A program made the translations under genes and the position numbers. From contig JAZODZ010000640.1 of NCBI GenBank assembly GCA_045597285.1, positions 1-41,519 of the forward strand: a stretch of DNA of 41,519 nucleotides, read 5' to 3'. This document shows, piece by piece, positions 41,337 to 41,519 of the stretch. Under the pieces are notes generated by a model. It was given only the letters and a program-made list of their open reading frames with translations, was not told where the DNA came from and made no database searches. Within the stretch, counting starts at the first letter, position 1. Every line of letters starts with the position of its first letter. Source of the stretch: Myxococcota bacterium. GTDB lineage: Bacteria > Myxococcota_A > Bradymonadia > UBA4248.

Positions 41337-41469
41337 ATCAGCCTCCTGTTCATTGTTTTTTCTCATTTCTCACACACAATACCTCGTACAGATTAGACGG
41401 AATTTGGCTTCATTACAAATCTTTTAATGCCAATCATGGCGAGATTCTGTAACAAATCAGTCCGTAACA

Positions 41470-41519
41470 GTGTTTCTGAATTACGTGGTTTTATCGAAAC
41501 GAGGCAGTAGGCAGTAGGC
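41470..41519 (-). promoter_or_regulatory. Family-U conserved upstream element, copy in front of the M15 peptidase (runs off the window)
   Basis: The reverse complement reads GCCTACTGCCTACTGCCTCGTTTCGATAAAACCACGTAATTCAGAAACACT. It has heptamer direct repeats plus the core shared with 4628-4668. Confidence 0.4.

Noticed and set aside
41400-41440. TGGCAT..TTTG upstream of the peptidase as a sigma-54 (-24/-12) promoter.
   Set aside because: The GG-to-GC spacing does not fit: the position 10 nt after GG is TT, not GC.
39981-41519. A prophage or lysis cassette around the endolysin-like M15 peptidase.
   Set aside because: The window shows no holin, spanin, capsid, tail, integrase or att-like repeat. 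The neighbours are pfkA/MazG on one side and a regulatory-looking upstream region on the other. This stays an open question only for the DNA beyond 41519.

Overview
This is a 41.5-kb, densely coding chromosomal segment with about 30 CDS on both strands. The envelope is of Gram-negative type (many lipobox lipoproteins, a BamB-like propeller). The organism is probably an anaerobe (desulfoferrodoxin, B12-dependent MetH, a beta-eliminating lyase). The taxon cannot be fixed from sequence alone. A Ser/Thr kinase, an FHA protein, a PPP-type phosphatase, Cys-rich repeat lipoproteins and AgmX/PglI-like tails are reminiscent of Myxococcota/Bdellovibrionota-like lineages (inference only). Housekeeping genes are mfd, metH, malQ, mutY, rplU-rpmA-obg, pfkA and dfx. 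I saw no rRNA, tRNA, CRISPR array, transposase or integrase. Five things stand out. (1) A conserved ~40-nt element with heptamer direct repeats lies in the same orientation 115-165 nt upstream of three cell-envelope genes: the Ser/Thr kinase, the PBP-lipoprotein pair and an M15 peptidase. This is my best candidate for an undescribed regulatory system. (2) A tightly coupled operon runs small secreted protein, then a 1286-aa two-TM multi-BNR propeller protein, then metH. (3) A short PBP is ATGA-coupled to a PQQ/BamB-like lipoprotein. (4) Unusual proteins include a 5x CxxC-x17-CxxC protein with an RD-rich linker, a lipoprotein built of 6-Cys modules, and a lipoprotein with a His-heptad tail. (5) Nearly every larger intergenic gap holds small structured repeats of three families, one of which has a conserved core and covarying stems. 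Long antisense ORFs in the six-frame track are explained by codon usage and are rejected.
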